DNA of 64,000 nucleotides from positions 1 to 64,000 of the forward strand of contig CAXXUA010000008.1 of NCBI GenBank assembly GCA_963663765.2, written 5' to 3'. Position 1 is the first letter of the stretch; each line of letters opens with the position of its first letter. The stretch comes from Candidatus Poribacteria bacterium. Lineage in GTDB: Bacteria > Poribacteria > WGA-4E > WGA-3G. A program made the position numbers and the translations under genes. Of the stretch, positions 53,374 to 62,757 are shown in pieces. The notes beneath the pieces are model-generated. The model had not been told where the DNA came from and searched no databases. It worked only from the letters and a program-made list of their open reading frames with translations.

Positions 53374-54884
53374 GTGATAGCACCCACTACCTAAAGGTAG
53401 GGCTTCGGTTTCATAGCAACTGCGGTTTTCTCATAAAGTCCACCGTCTGACTGTCGCTCCACCATCAGGCAGCTATCCCTGCCTGAAGTATATTTATAGC
53501 AGCGTTTATGTCTCGGTCGTGGTGTGAACCACATTCAGAGCATGTCCACTGCCTATCAGAGAGTGTTAGATTGTTATTGTGGAAACCACAATCCGAACAT
53601 GGCTTTGTCGTAGCTGTCCATTGACTGACTTGAAGGAACTGACGCCTATGTTTTTGACACTTATATTTCAATATCTCAACAAACTGGTAGAAAGCAAGGT
53701 CGGAAACCTTGCGCCCCCAAAGCCGTTTCATACCGTCAAGGTTCAAGGTTTCAAGGACTATCGTATCAAACCTTTCACACAGATAAGTGGCAAGTTTCCA
53801 ATGCCAATCTTTGCGTTGGTTAGCCGCTTTGCGATACAACCTTGCGAGTTGTCGGATACCACGGCACCATCTGTTAGAACCTTTAACCTTGCGAGAAAGC
53901 GATTTGTTGAGACTACGGAGTTGGTTCAAGGATTGTTTCAAAGGTTGCGGGTGTTGGATTTTCTCACCCGTGTTAAGTGTCAAAAAAGCATCTTTCATAC
54001 CGAAGTCTGCCCCAACGTTCTGACCTGTTGTCGGCATCGGTCTAAAATCTGTGTAGGTTGTTATGATGTAAAGCCAATAATCCCCGCAGGCATCACGTTT
54101 GAGTGTGATACGTGCAATACGTCCGTGAAACTCACGGTGTTTATGGAACGTATAAGGCACTTTATCAAATTGCCATTTACGCGTCTTGGAATTCCATTTA
54201 CGAAATGTGATGGTGATACGATTGTTTTTCAGATGCCACCCCGCGTGTCCAGGAAAAGTAATAGATTTAAACTTATGTCTCGGTTTGATATGCGGTCTAC
54301 CGCCAAGTTTCTTGAAAAAACGTTGATACGCTGCGTCAATACGTTTCAATTCTTCTTGAATCGCTTGACTCGGCAACGTTTTCCAATGGGGATGCGTGGT
54401 TGCCTTGAGTTCTGTAAGGTGAGCAGACATAGCATTATAGTTCGCATACGGCAAACCTTCTTTATAACGTTGACGCTGCCACTTATGGAAATACGCATGC
54501 ACTTGCCACATATCGTCAAGCAGATTGCCAAGACGTATCGTATTAGACTGATTAGATATTTTATATTTATAGGTTTTCATGGTATATCAAGTATCAAGTC
54601 TTTAACCCCCGTAAAGTGGGTAGGCAGACACATTGTCAAGCGACAATGCTTTACATGTCTGCCAACTTGATATTGTTAAGTATACTACAGCGTATCTCAT
54701 AAATGTGATTTTGTCCAAATTCACTGGATCGTGTGTTTGACATCTCGGGGTTAGAAACCCCTCCTACCATTTATGAGATAGGTTGTATATTTTTCGCAAA
54801 ATGTCAAATTTGTTTTCAACCATAAACCCAACGTCCACCTACATCCCGCAAGCTAAAGCATGGGGTCTTGGCGGGAAGATTGAT
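53374..54884 (-). mobile_element. IS200/IS605-type element carrying only tnpB
   Basis: Left-end hairpin (CCCCATGCTTTAGCTTGCGGG, ~54845-54867) and right-end hairpin (CCCTACCTTTAGGTAGTGGG) ending in TCAC; no tnpA. Exact ends approximate. Confidence 0.7.
53465..54580 (-). CDS. tnpB: RNA-guided endonuclease TnpB
   Basis: KTYKYKI N-terminus; RuvC D (GADFG), E (VLETL) and D (DRDINAA); Zn finger CSDC..CSEC. Confidence 0.92.
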   Translation of the reverse strand: MKTYKYKISNQSNTIRLGNLLDDMWQVHAYFHKWQRQRYKEGLPYANYNAMSAHLTELKATTHPHWKTLPSQAIQEELKRIDAAYQRFFKKLGGRPHIKPRHKFKSITFPGHAGWHLKNNRITITFRKWNSKTRKWQFDKVPYTFHKHREFHGRIARITLKRDACGDYWLYIITTYTDFRPMPTTGQNVGADFGMKDAFLTLNTGEKIQHPQPLKQSLNQLRSLNKSLSRKVKGSNRWCRGIRQLARLYRKAANQRKDWHWKLATYLCERFDTIVLETLNLDGMKRLWGRKVSDLAFYQFVEILKYKCQKHRRQFLQVSQWTATTKPCSDCGFHNNNLTLSDRQWTCSECGSHHDRDINAAINILQAGIAA

Positions 54885-54887
54885 AAC

Positions 54888-55652
54888 CTAATATATTTCT
54901 TGAATCACATCACAAATGTCCGGTGCATCAGCAAGATAATCTTTTTTTACTTTTTCAATGAATTCAACAGGGATACCGTGTAGTGCTTCTGATATGGCAC
55001 CAACAATTGCACCAAGTGTATCAGAATCTCCACCCAAAGAAATAGCATTTCGTACAGCATCTTCATAACTCACTGATTCCAATGCGCAAGTTATTCCCTG
55101 TGGTACAGTTTCTTGACAAGTTTCCCTAAAATAGTAATGCGTTCGAATTTCGTCCACTGACTGAGATAAATCATAACCATATTCAGAAATAATCACTTCC
55201 CGGATAGTGTCACAATTTTCTCCTTGAAACGCAAGCCAGATAGCATGTGTTGTTGCACGCGCACCTTTCATACCTTCTGGATGATTATGGGTAATGGCAG
55301 TTACTTTATCAGAGGCATCAAGGGCAGCATTCAGGTCGTTACGATTTAAGAGTGCCGCTGGTGAAACACGCATTGCAGAACCGTTACCATAACTGTTATA
55401 TGGCTCAGGTAGTTCATTAGAGATCCATTCTCTGAACATACCACCATAACTACAATTCGGATAACGTTGACACCATGCTTGCATTGTTTCTGCGGGTGGC
55501 AGATCATGAAGTAAAATATCAGCAACCGCTGCTGTGCAAACAGAATCATCTGTGAAAAAACATTTTGACGAGAAAAACTCAAAATGTTTAGTTTTAATAC
55601 GGTCCCATTCATAGATGGAACCAACAATGTCACCTATAATTGCACCAAACAT
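54888..55652 (-). CDS. ADP-ribosylglycohydrolase family protein
   Basis: GAIIGDIVGS, FTDDS, SYGNGSAMRVSP, THNHP and GGDSDT. Confidence 0.92.
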   Translation of the reverse strand: MFGAIIGDIVGSIYEWDRIKTKHFEFFSSKCFFTDDSVCTAAVADILLHDLPPAETMQAWCQRYPNCSYGGMFREWISNELPEPYNSYGNGSAMRVSPAALLNRNDLNAALDASDKVTAITHNHPEGMKGARATTHAIWLAFQGENCDTIREVIISEYGYDLSQSVDEIRTHYYFRETCQETVPQGITCALESVSYEDAVRNAISLGGDSDTLGAIVGAISEALHGIPVEFIEKVKKDYLADAPDICDVIQEIY

Positions 55653-55812
55653 TTATCACCCCTTTGTAGTGATAGAATTAATAATCGTATTGTAGAATGG
55701 GAAACTGATTGAAGTGATTCTGTAAAAATCATGGGATTCTTCAGAGAGTATGAAGCATCAACTTCATTGTAAATCTGCATTATACTAAATGTTTATGGAT
55801 CTGTCAAATTTA

Positions 55813-56065
55813 CAGGGTTATTCAGTTTTAACCATTTTTCACATTTTTGTGAGAAAATCGCGACCGGGAGGTCGCTCCTACCGCGGTGTTCTTTTTTGAA
55901 AAATCCAAAAATTAGGAAAACTGAATAACCCTGGTCAAATTTACAGGGTTATTCAGTTTTAACCATTTTTCACATTTTTGTGAGAAAATCGCGACCGGGA
56001 GGTCGCTCCTACCGCGGGGTTTCTTTTTTGAAAAATCCAAAAATTAGGAAAACTGAATAACCCTG
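55813..56065. mobile_element. Tandem dimer of a family B MITE
   Basis: Two ~121-bp copies; GTCAAATTTA present three times (55803, 55934, 56066). Confidence 0.9.
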
Positions 56066-56118
56066 GTCAAATTTATTTCTGATTGATATTTCTATGAAAT
56101 TCTTGTAAACTGAAACAG

Positions 56119-57231
56119 ATGTTTCAAAAAATAATTGAGATTCTCACCTTAATCGCTTCAACCATCGTGCAGTGTATCTTCTATAAGAGAGGGTTACCCA
56201 AGGAATTCACCCCTAAACGTATCCTCGTTGTAAAACTTGACCACATTGGAGATGTACTGCTATCAACACCAGTTTTTTCCAATTTACACCACGCATATCC
56301 AAACGCTGAACTCCACGCGCTAACAGGTAGATGGAGCCGTGTTATACTTGAAAACCACCCCAATGTAAATAAGGTATGGGTATACAATTCCCCAGCATTT
56401 TCACGTTCTGAAAAACCAACAAGTCTAAAGGAAGTCTTACAGTTGTATCGAAACTTAAAAGGTCAAAATTACGACCTATTGATAAATCTACGTGGGGATT
56501 GGCGAATTGTCCTGTTTTCAATCTTTCGCGTCAGTTCAAACCGCATCGACCGTCCATCCTTACAAGTAGCAAATAAAGTTGGAATCACTCAGTTTAGCTG
56601 TAGACATGAAACAATCCGTAATCTTGATGTTCTGAAACAAGTGAGGATACCAACAACCATTCAACATGCAACTTTTTTTGTTACTCCTGAAAATGAGGAA
56701 TGGGCATCCAAATTCCTGTTAGATCAGAATATCCAGTTAGATCAACCGATTATCGCATTACATCCCGGTTCTCCGATTACACTGAAGAGATGGATACCAA
56801 AGCGTTTTGCTGAATTAGCTGACTACTTGATTGCAGAAAAAAATGCAATAATTCTGTTTGTCGGCGTGAAAGACGAAATACCGATAATTACTGAAATACA
56901 AAACATCATGCATGGAGAATCAATCAGTATCGCTGGCAAAACAAATTTAACGCAATTGGCATCAATATTGCTCAGATGTACTATGTTTATAGGTAATGAC
57001 AGCGGACCGATGCATCTTGCTGCATCGGTTGGAACAAATACAATCGGATTATTCGGACCAGGAGACCCAGAAAGGTTTGGACCGATCGGGCACAATTGTG
57101 CAACTATTCGGAAAAAACTTGACTGTCCCCCATGCACAGGACAAGTTTGCAGATTCGGTGAACAAGGATGTATGTCAACTATACAGGTAACTGATGTGAT
57201 CCAGACACTTGAAGCACATAAATTTCTATAA
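56119..57231 (+). CDS. Glycosyltransferase family 9 (heptosyltransferase-like)
   Basis: KLDHIGDVLL.TP, KRW....F, GKTNL..LA and NDSGPMHLA. Confidence 0.9.
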   Translation: MFQKIIEILTLIASTIVQCIFYKRGLPKEFTPKRILVVKLDHIGDVLLSTPVFSNLHHAYPNAELHALTGRWSRVILENHPNVNKVWVYNSPAFSRSEKPTSLKEVLQLYRNLKGQNYDLLINLRGDWRIVLFSIFRVSSNRIDRPSLQVANKVGITQFSCRHETIRNLDVLKQVRIPTTIQHATFFVTPENEEWASKFLLDQNIQLDQPIIALHPGSPITLKRWIPKRFAELADYLIAEKNAIILFVGVKDEIPIITEIQNIMHGESISIAGKTNLTQLASILLRCTMFIGNDSGPMHLAASVGTNTIGLFGPGDPERFGPIGHNCATIRKKLDCPPCTGQVCRFGEQGCMSTIQVTDVIQTLEAHKFL

Positions 57232-57487
57232 ATAGAATGAATTAATGTTAGGCAGTTATCTCTATTTATCCAAATTTCTTCTTAAATGCTTAATCTGTAT
57301 TAGAATTTTCATAAGAATTAACTTGACTTTTTTTGGCACAAAAGATAATATGTTCTTTAAGACATACTTTAGTTTTTTTAGAAGGTTACTTACATATTCC
57401 TAACTTTATTTTTTCAGAACATTGATTGATATAACATTTTGAATATTTACATCTGTATTTCAAAATAGATTTATGGAGGATTAGAAA

Positions 57488-58165
57488 ATGCAAAGGAAAT
57501 TAAATTGGCACTTATACGTTCTGACATTAGTATGCATAATCAGTATAAGTATCATAGGTTGTGGGGATGACGATGATAGTGATTCCATGGTATCTCCTTC
57601 GTCTCAGCTAATAGATGTAGCAACAGCAGAACCTATTGATAATGCGAAAGAAAAAGCGGAAATTAATGCTACATTCAGAGAATTCTATAGAGCTTTCAAT
57701 GCACGAGATCTAAATGATATAAAGAAAATATGGTATAATCCATCTGATAATTCAGATGCATTTGCAGTCGCATGGTTCGTTGGAGGATATGTTGAACAGG
57801 TTGATCCGGCATTTGGATGGGTTCAAATCAGCGCAACGATAGAAGGTTTGTGGGCTCATCTCAGCACAAGAAATGATAAATGGACAGGAAGTAGCAGCTT
57901 CAGCGAATTTTATATCAGAAGAAGGGCAGCCGACCCAAATACATTAGAAGCAAGCGCAAGAAGTTATTCTTCCTACAGAAATCAGGGTGGTGCTGGTTCA
58001 ACTTTTGTCTACTTAGTAAAACTAAAGCATGAAGATTGGAAAATTCAGCAAGTTGACAGTCATACACAGAATACTTTAAACAATCGCAAACCATTAAACT
58101 CACAACACCCTCCTAATCCACGTATTACTAAATACTTTAACGACCCAGATACAAAAGTAAATTAG
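57488..58165 (+). CDS. Lipoprotein with NTF2/SnoaL-like domain
   Basis: IIGC lipobox; FYRAFNARDL..I..IW and WKIQQV. Confidence 0.65.
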   Translation: MQRKLNWHLYVLTLVCIISISIIGCGDDDDSDSMVSPSSQLIDVATAEPIDNAKEKAEINATFREFYRAFNARDLNDIKKIWYNPSDNSDAFAVAWFVGGYVEQVDPAFGWVQISATIEGLWAHLSTRNDKWTGSSSFSEFYIRRRAADPNTLEASARSYSSYRNQGGAGSTFVYLVKLKHEDWKIQQVDSHTQNTLNNRKPLNSQHPPNPRITKYFNDPDTKVN

Positions 58166-58192
58166 GCTGCCCCAATTTGTGCAGCCTAATTT
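58159..58192 (+). terminator. Stem-loop after the lipoprotein gene (overlaps a candidate activator site)
   Basis: AAATTAGGCTGC / GCAGCCTAATTT 12-bp stem. Confidence 0.5.
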
Positions 58193-58281
58193 CAATATGC
58201 ACCTATTTGTGCATGTTTTGTTCGCTGAGCCTTAATACAAACGCTTGTTTTCAGTTTTATCTAATGGCATATAAATTGCAT
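58168..58281 (+). promoter_or_regulatory. Sigma-54 promoter with two upstream palindromic activator sites
   Basis: TGGCATATAAATTGCA at 58265-58280 (GG-N10-GC); TGCCCCAATTTGTGCA (58168) and TGCACCTATTTGTGCA (58198), 30 bp apart. Confidence 0.6.
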
Positions 58282-58474
58282 AGGTAGATATAACTTTGTT
58301 GTCATTAATAAAATTTATTATCAAGACTTAATCTAAACAAGGACTCACACACCCAACGGTAGGCGTACTTTGCAAGCGCGCTGGAAAAACAATATTTTCA
58401 TAACATTGTTTGATAAAATCATGAAAATTGCGTAAGTCCTGTTTTAACGAAACATAATTGTGAGGTAAAACCAA

Positions 58475-59953
58475 ATGAGTGCTAAGAGAACTTCTGGTGC
58501 CTTAATGACTTCGGTTGTAGTCCACTTAGTCATTATTCTTCTTGCTGGTGTCTATTTTGTAGCACAATCTGAGAAGTTTAAAGACTTAGTCGGTATCCAA
58601 TTTTCTAAACCCCCTAATGCACCGAAGCCTAAGGTACGTAAACCTATCGTCAAACAATTTACTAAACCTATCGTTCCAAACCAGATTACCCACGTGACAG
58701 AACAAGTTCAAGTTCAGCCACGTCTTACTACAGCTTTTGCCCCTAAGGAAGTAGCACAACAAACACAAGCAGTTCTGGAATTCTCCAATCAGGTCATCAA
58801 GGTCGATGCACCGATTAATCCAAACGTACCCAAAGTAGTGAAACCCAACACACCTGTCCCCGAAGTGGTTACACATACGGATTTACCTGTTTCCAATTCC
58901 CCGACGGCATTAGCATTTGCTGGTCCCGTCGCAAGCGCACCAGCAGCAGGTCCAGCTAACATCGTACGCGGTATTGCAGGAAGTGTTCAAGTAAACATTT
59001 CAGTCGAACGACCAGCAGGGTTAGCAATGGTACAAAACGTCGGGGTTGCACGTGAAGCTCTCGGACAAGTCACTGATACAATTACACTTGGAAACGTTGA
59101 AGTGCCACCTTTACCTAAGGGAGAACCCGGCGGACGCGTTATAGGAAAAGGACGCGATATCCGTGGTGTTCTACGTTTCACACGCATACGCCATAACCTT
59201 TCTGACTGGTGGGCTGATTCATCTTCTCTCAACGCACTGACGAAATGGTTGAACGAAAGAACTGAAATCAAAACTGACATGAACGTTGAAGGCGGCGCAC
59301 TAAAACTTACCGACTCCAACCTATTTAAAACACCACTCGCATTCATGACTGGACACGATCCCGCTCTTGTCAGATCAAGAAACTTACTTGCAAGAGACCA
59401 AGGTGGCGGTAAAATGGATAGCAGGCTCTCTCCCAACGAAGCTACCGCACTACGAGAATACCTCGTTGAAAAAGGTGGATTCCTCGTCTTTGATGATTGT
59501 GGTGTGAATGCCGCTGCACAAGCAATGGTGCGGTTATTCATCGCACAAATGCGTAACGTCATGCCTGAACACCAAATTGAACGAATCTCAAATACACACG
59601 ATATATATAATAACTTCTATGAAATCGGTGGACCCCCAGTCGGTTTTGATATTTTCTGGTGGGGAACAAGACCACCAAAACGAAATTATCTTGAAGGATT
59701 CTCTGTCGGTGAAAAATTAGCTGTTATCGTCGTCAGACGCGACTATATGTGCGCAATGGAATCTGTCAGTTTACCAACACGAAGTGTACACTATTCACCA
59801 GGTGTCTATCGCTTTATGACAAACGTGGTTGTGTATTCTCTAACACACGGGTCAATTGCCGATTACTCTGGCTATGTGCCTGAAGACACTTTAGCGCAGA
59901 AAGAACTACCAACACGTGCACCAGAAGCAGCGAAAACCGGAGCAACTGAATAA
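58475..59953 (+). CDS. Membrane-anchored Pro-rich protein with C-terminal DUF4159-like domain
   Basis: SVVVHL TM anchor; FMTGH, LREYL..GGFLVFDDC and HDIYNNFY. Confidence 0.75.
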   Translation: MSAKRTSGALMTSVVVHLVIILLAGVYFVAQSEKFKDLVGIQFSKPPNAPKPKVRKPIVKQFTKPIVPNQITHVTEQVQVQPRLTTAFAPKEVAQQTQAVLEFSNQVIKVDAPINPNVPKVVKPNTPVPEVVTHTDLPVSNSPTALAFAGPVASAPAAGPANIVRGIAGSVQVNISVERPAGLAMVQNVGVAREALGQVTDTITLGNVEVPPLPKGEPGGRVIGKGRDIRGVLRFTRIRHNLSDWWADSSSLNALTKWLNERTEIKTDMNVEGGALKLTDSNLFKTPLAFMTGHDPALVRSRNLLARDQGGGKMDSRLSPNEATALREYLVEKGGFLVFDDCGVNAAAQAMVRLFIAQMRNVMPEHQIERISNTHDIYNNFYEIGGPPVGFDIFWWGTRPPKRNYLEGFSVGEKLAVIVVRRDYMCAMESVSLPTRSVHYSPGVYRFMTNVVVYSLTHGSIADYSGYVPEDTLAQKELPTRAPEAAKTGATE

Positions 59954-59997
59954 CACATCTTGCCTACAGTTGTTCGGTATTTATCTATAGACTATTT

Positions 59998-60043
59998 AGT
60001 ATCTCCCGATAATGATTTTAGATTATCATTATCGGGAGATACT
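59998..60043 (+). terminator. Long stem-loop downstream of the DUF4159 gene
   Basis: AGTATCTCCCGATAATGAT / ATCATTATCGGGAGATACT 19-bp stem. Confidence 0.55.
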
Positions 60044-60103
60044 TGTACAAATGAACCATAAACCAAATTTCTACCTTTCTTCCGAAAAAAGATCTAAATA
60101 TAC

Positions 60104-60304
60104 CAGGACGTACGCAGTTTTCATGATTTGATGAAGAATTATGACGAAAAGGGTGTAATTTTCAGCATTTTTTCGGTTTCCAGCGCCAAATCAAGAAATC
60201 AACGGTATGAATGCCTTTTGGCATTCCCCGCCTACAAAGCGCCAAATCAACGGTATGAATGCCATTTAGGCATTCCCCGCCTACCGTTGGGTGCGTAAGT
60301 CCTA
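60104..60304. mobile_element. MITE family A copy with two nested mini-elements
   Basis: TATAC TSD; inserts fall at C^G positions of the consensus. Confidence 0.85.
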
Positions 60305-60380
60305 TATACATTAAACTTATTGGAAATCCCAATAACTAAACACAAAATATAATTTGTCCTCACACCCGAATATTGTATAA

Positions 60381-60534
60381 TACCAATTCAAATAAATCTT
60401 GTCTCATTAAGGAATTCTACTGTTTACTGGCAGGGGGTTACTCTCTTCGGTAGGAGCGACCTCCCGGTCGCGACCGGGAGGTCGCTCCTACCAGATTTCC
60501 GCTGATAATGAGACATTATCACATGAAAATGGTA
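60381..60534 (-). mobile_element. Single copy of the array-forming MITE
   Basis: TAA on both flanks; perfect 44-bp palindrome GGTAGGAGCGACCTCCCGGTCGCGACCGGGAGGTCGCTCCTACC. Confidence 0.9.
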
Positions 60535-60576
60535 TAATATAACTATGAAAATTAAAAAATCAACTCTCACATTATG

Positions 60577-61140
60577 CAAGGTTATTCAGTTTTCAATAAT
60601 TTTGATAGTATTTTGTTATACCGTTAATATTTTGTAATACCCTCTTGTCCATGTCTTTAGTTCCGTAGGAACGATATGTTTATAGAAAATGTTTTCAACC
60701 CCAATAGAGTTCCGTAGGAACGACATAGAAGAATAGACATATCGTCCCTACGGGACTAAAGACATGGGGAGGGTATTCGTTATCTATACACATATCGTCC
60801 CTACCAAATCAACGCCAAATGCGCCAAATCAACGGTATGAATGCCATTAAGGCATTCCCCGTATGGCATTTGTCGGGACTAAAGAGCGATATTCAGTTTT
60901 CAATAAATTATAGTGAAATATGCAATTAAGTTTACACTTCTTCTGTAGGAGCGATCTCCGAATCGCGACTGAACACCTTGATAGTCGGGAATCGGAGTTC
61001 CCTCCTACACCTGAAAGTGTAAAAATAATTCTATAATTTACTATAAAATTGATGTGTAAAATTCGGTTAGGAAACCGAACCTGGGTATAAACTTTCAGTA
61101 AATCTCAATAACAGAAAACTCTTAAAACTGAATAACCCCG
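60577..61140. mobile_element. Family B MITE with multiply nested elements
   Basis: TSD CACATTAT(G/A); contains REP hairpins, two nested mini-elements and a further MITE. Confidence 0.8.
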
Positions 61141-61170
61141 CACATTATATTAGAACTATTACATATAGAA

Positions 61171-61547
61171 CAATACCTTCGCCATTTTTGAGTGCTTCAG
61201 TTGAATGAGTATATAGTGTTGATCTACCATTGCTCTGTGATATTGTTAGGATTACATAAATAAAAATAACTTCAGGTTTTCGTTGAAGTATTTTTAATTA
61301 TCATAGCGTCTAATTTGACGATAGAATCTGACAGAATAATTTATATGCACAATCTGGCAGAATGTGCTACAACTGACCGCACAATCTGGCAGAATGTGCT
61401 ACAACTGACCGCACAATCTGGCAGAATGTGCTACAACTGACCGCACAATCTGGCAGAATGTGCTACAACTTGACCGCACAATCTGGCAGAATGTGCTACA
61501 ACTGACCGCACAATCTGGCAGAATGTCTATTATTGGCGAAGATATTG
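61171..61547. mobile_element. Family D MITE containing a 32-bp tandem repeat x5.6
   Basis: TSD ATAGAA; GCACAATCTGGCAGAATGTGCTACAACTGACC at 61347-61526 (only 1.6 copies in the 34087 element). Confidence 0.88.
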
Positions 61548-61606
61548 ATAGAAATGATATAATATATTCAATAAGATATGATTTAACATAACATTGAGGT
61601 GATAAA

Positions 61607-62440
61607 TTGAAACTTGGAGTATCCACTTATTCCTATTGGCATTTCACTCCTGAACGAGTAGCAATTGAACATGTTATTGAAGAAGCCGCACGGTTGGAAC
61701 TTGATGGGATTGAAATCTTACATCAACAGATGCAATCAGAAGCAACCCCCTATCTACAGAAACTCAAACGTCATGCGTATATCAACGGACTTGACCTTTA
61801 TGCACTCTCAATTCATCAAGGGTTCGTGTCACCAGAGGAAAATACACGACAGAAAAACATAAACCATACAATACATTGCATCCGATTGGCACACGAACTC
61901 GGTATCCCAGCAATTCGACTTAACTCCGGAAGATGGGGGACTATCAAAACATTTAATGAATTAATGAAAACCGAAGGACAAGAACCAACACTGCCTAACC
62001 ATACGATTGATGAAGCTTTTGAATGGGTTATTTCTTCAATTGAAGAATGCCTACCAGATGCAGAAAGATATGGAGTCATACTCGGTCTGGAAAATCATTG
62101 GGGACTGACCTGCACACCAGAAGGTGTCAATCGTATTGTCTCCGCCATAGACTCAGATTGGCTAAAGGTGACTATGGATTGTGGTAATTTTCTCTCTGAT
62201 CCCTATCAAAAACTACAACAAATCGCAAATGAAGCTGTTCTTGTCCATGCAAAAACCTATTACGGTGAAGGGGAATGGTACACCCTTGATCTCGATTATG
62301 CAAGAATTAGTAAGATTCTGCAAGAAGCGGGTTTCAACGGATATGTATCTATTGAATTTGAAGGGAAAGAGGACGCACACACTGGCGTGCCAAAAAGTGT
62401 TGAGATGTTACGCAATTCCCTGTTTTATAGTGAAATCTAA
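61607..62440 (+). CDS. Sugar phosphate isomerase/epimerase (AP_endonuc_2 TIM barrel)
   Basis: LGVSTYS, LENHWG, DCGNF, HAK and SIEFEG. Confidence 0.88.
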   Translation: MKLGVSTYSYWHFTPERVAIEHVIEEAARLELDGIEILHQQMQSEATPYLQKLKRHAYINGLDLYALSIHQGFVSPEENTRQKNINHTIHCIRLAHELGIPAIRLNSGRWGTIKTFNELMKTEGQEPTLPNHTIDEAFEWVISSIEECLPDAERYGVILGLENHWGLTCTPEGVNRIVSAIDSDWLKVTMDCGNFLSDPYQKLQQIANEAVLVHAKTYYGEGEWYTLDLDYARISKILQEAGFNGYVSIEFEGKEDAHTGVPKSVEMLRNSLFYSEI

Positions 62441-62757
62441 AAATATGTACACACTCCCTGGTAGGTGTGGTTTCCTAACCGTACCTTAGGCGTCAATTTA
62501 AGAAAAAAGTGCTGGTGTTTCTCTTGTGGGAGGAGTGTTCAACCCCGATATGACAGAAAATGAACATAAAATCGGGGTTGAAAACCCCTCCCACAAGAGG
62601 TCAAAATCCTTAAATTGACGCTTATGGTGCTGTTTCCTAACCGCACCGAGCATGGTTATGGAATTACCTAATTTATTTTTGATCTTCATTAGGGACGATA
62701 TGTTTATAACACAAAACCCAAAATACGTGAAAACAGTTAGTTAACTAGCACAAGTCG

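Noticed and set aside
53579-54670. 363-aa plus-strand ORF
   Set aside because: Antisense shadow of tnpB with no recognisable motifs.
61347-61526. CRISPR-sized 32-bp repeats and ORF 61399-61626
   Set aside because: Repeats are contiguous without spacers and lie inside a MITE; the ORF is a repeat translation.
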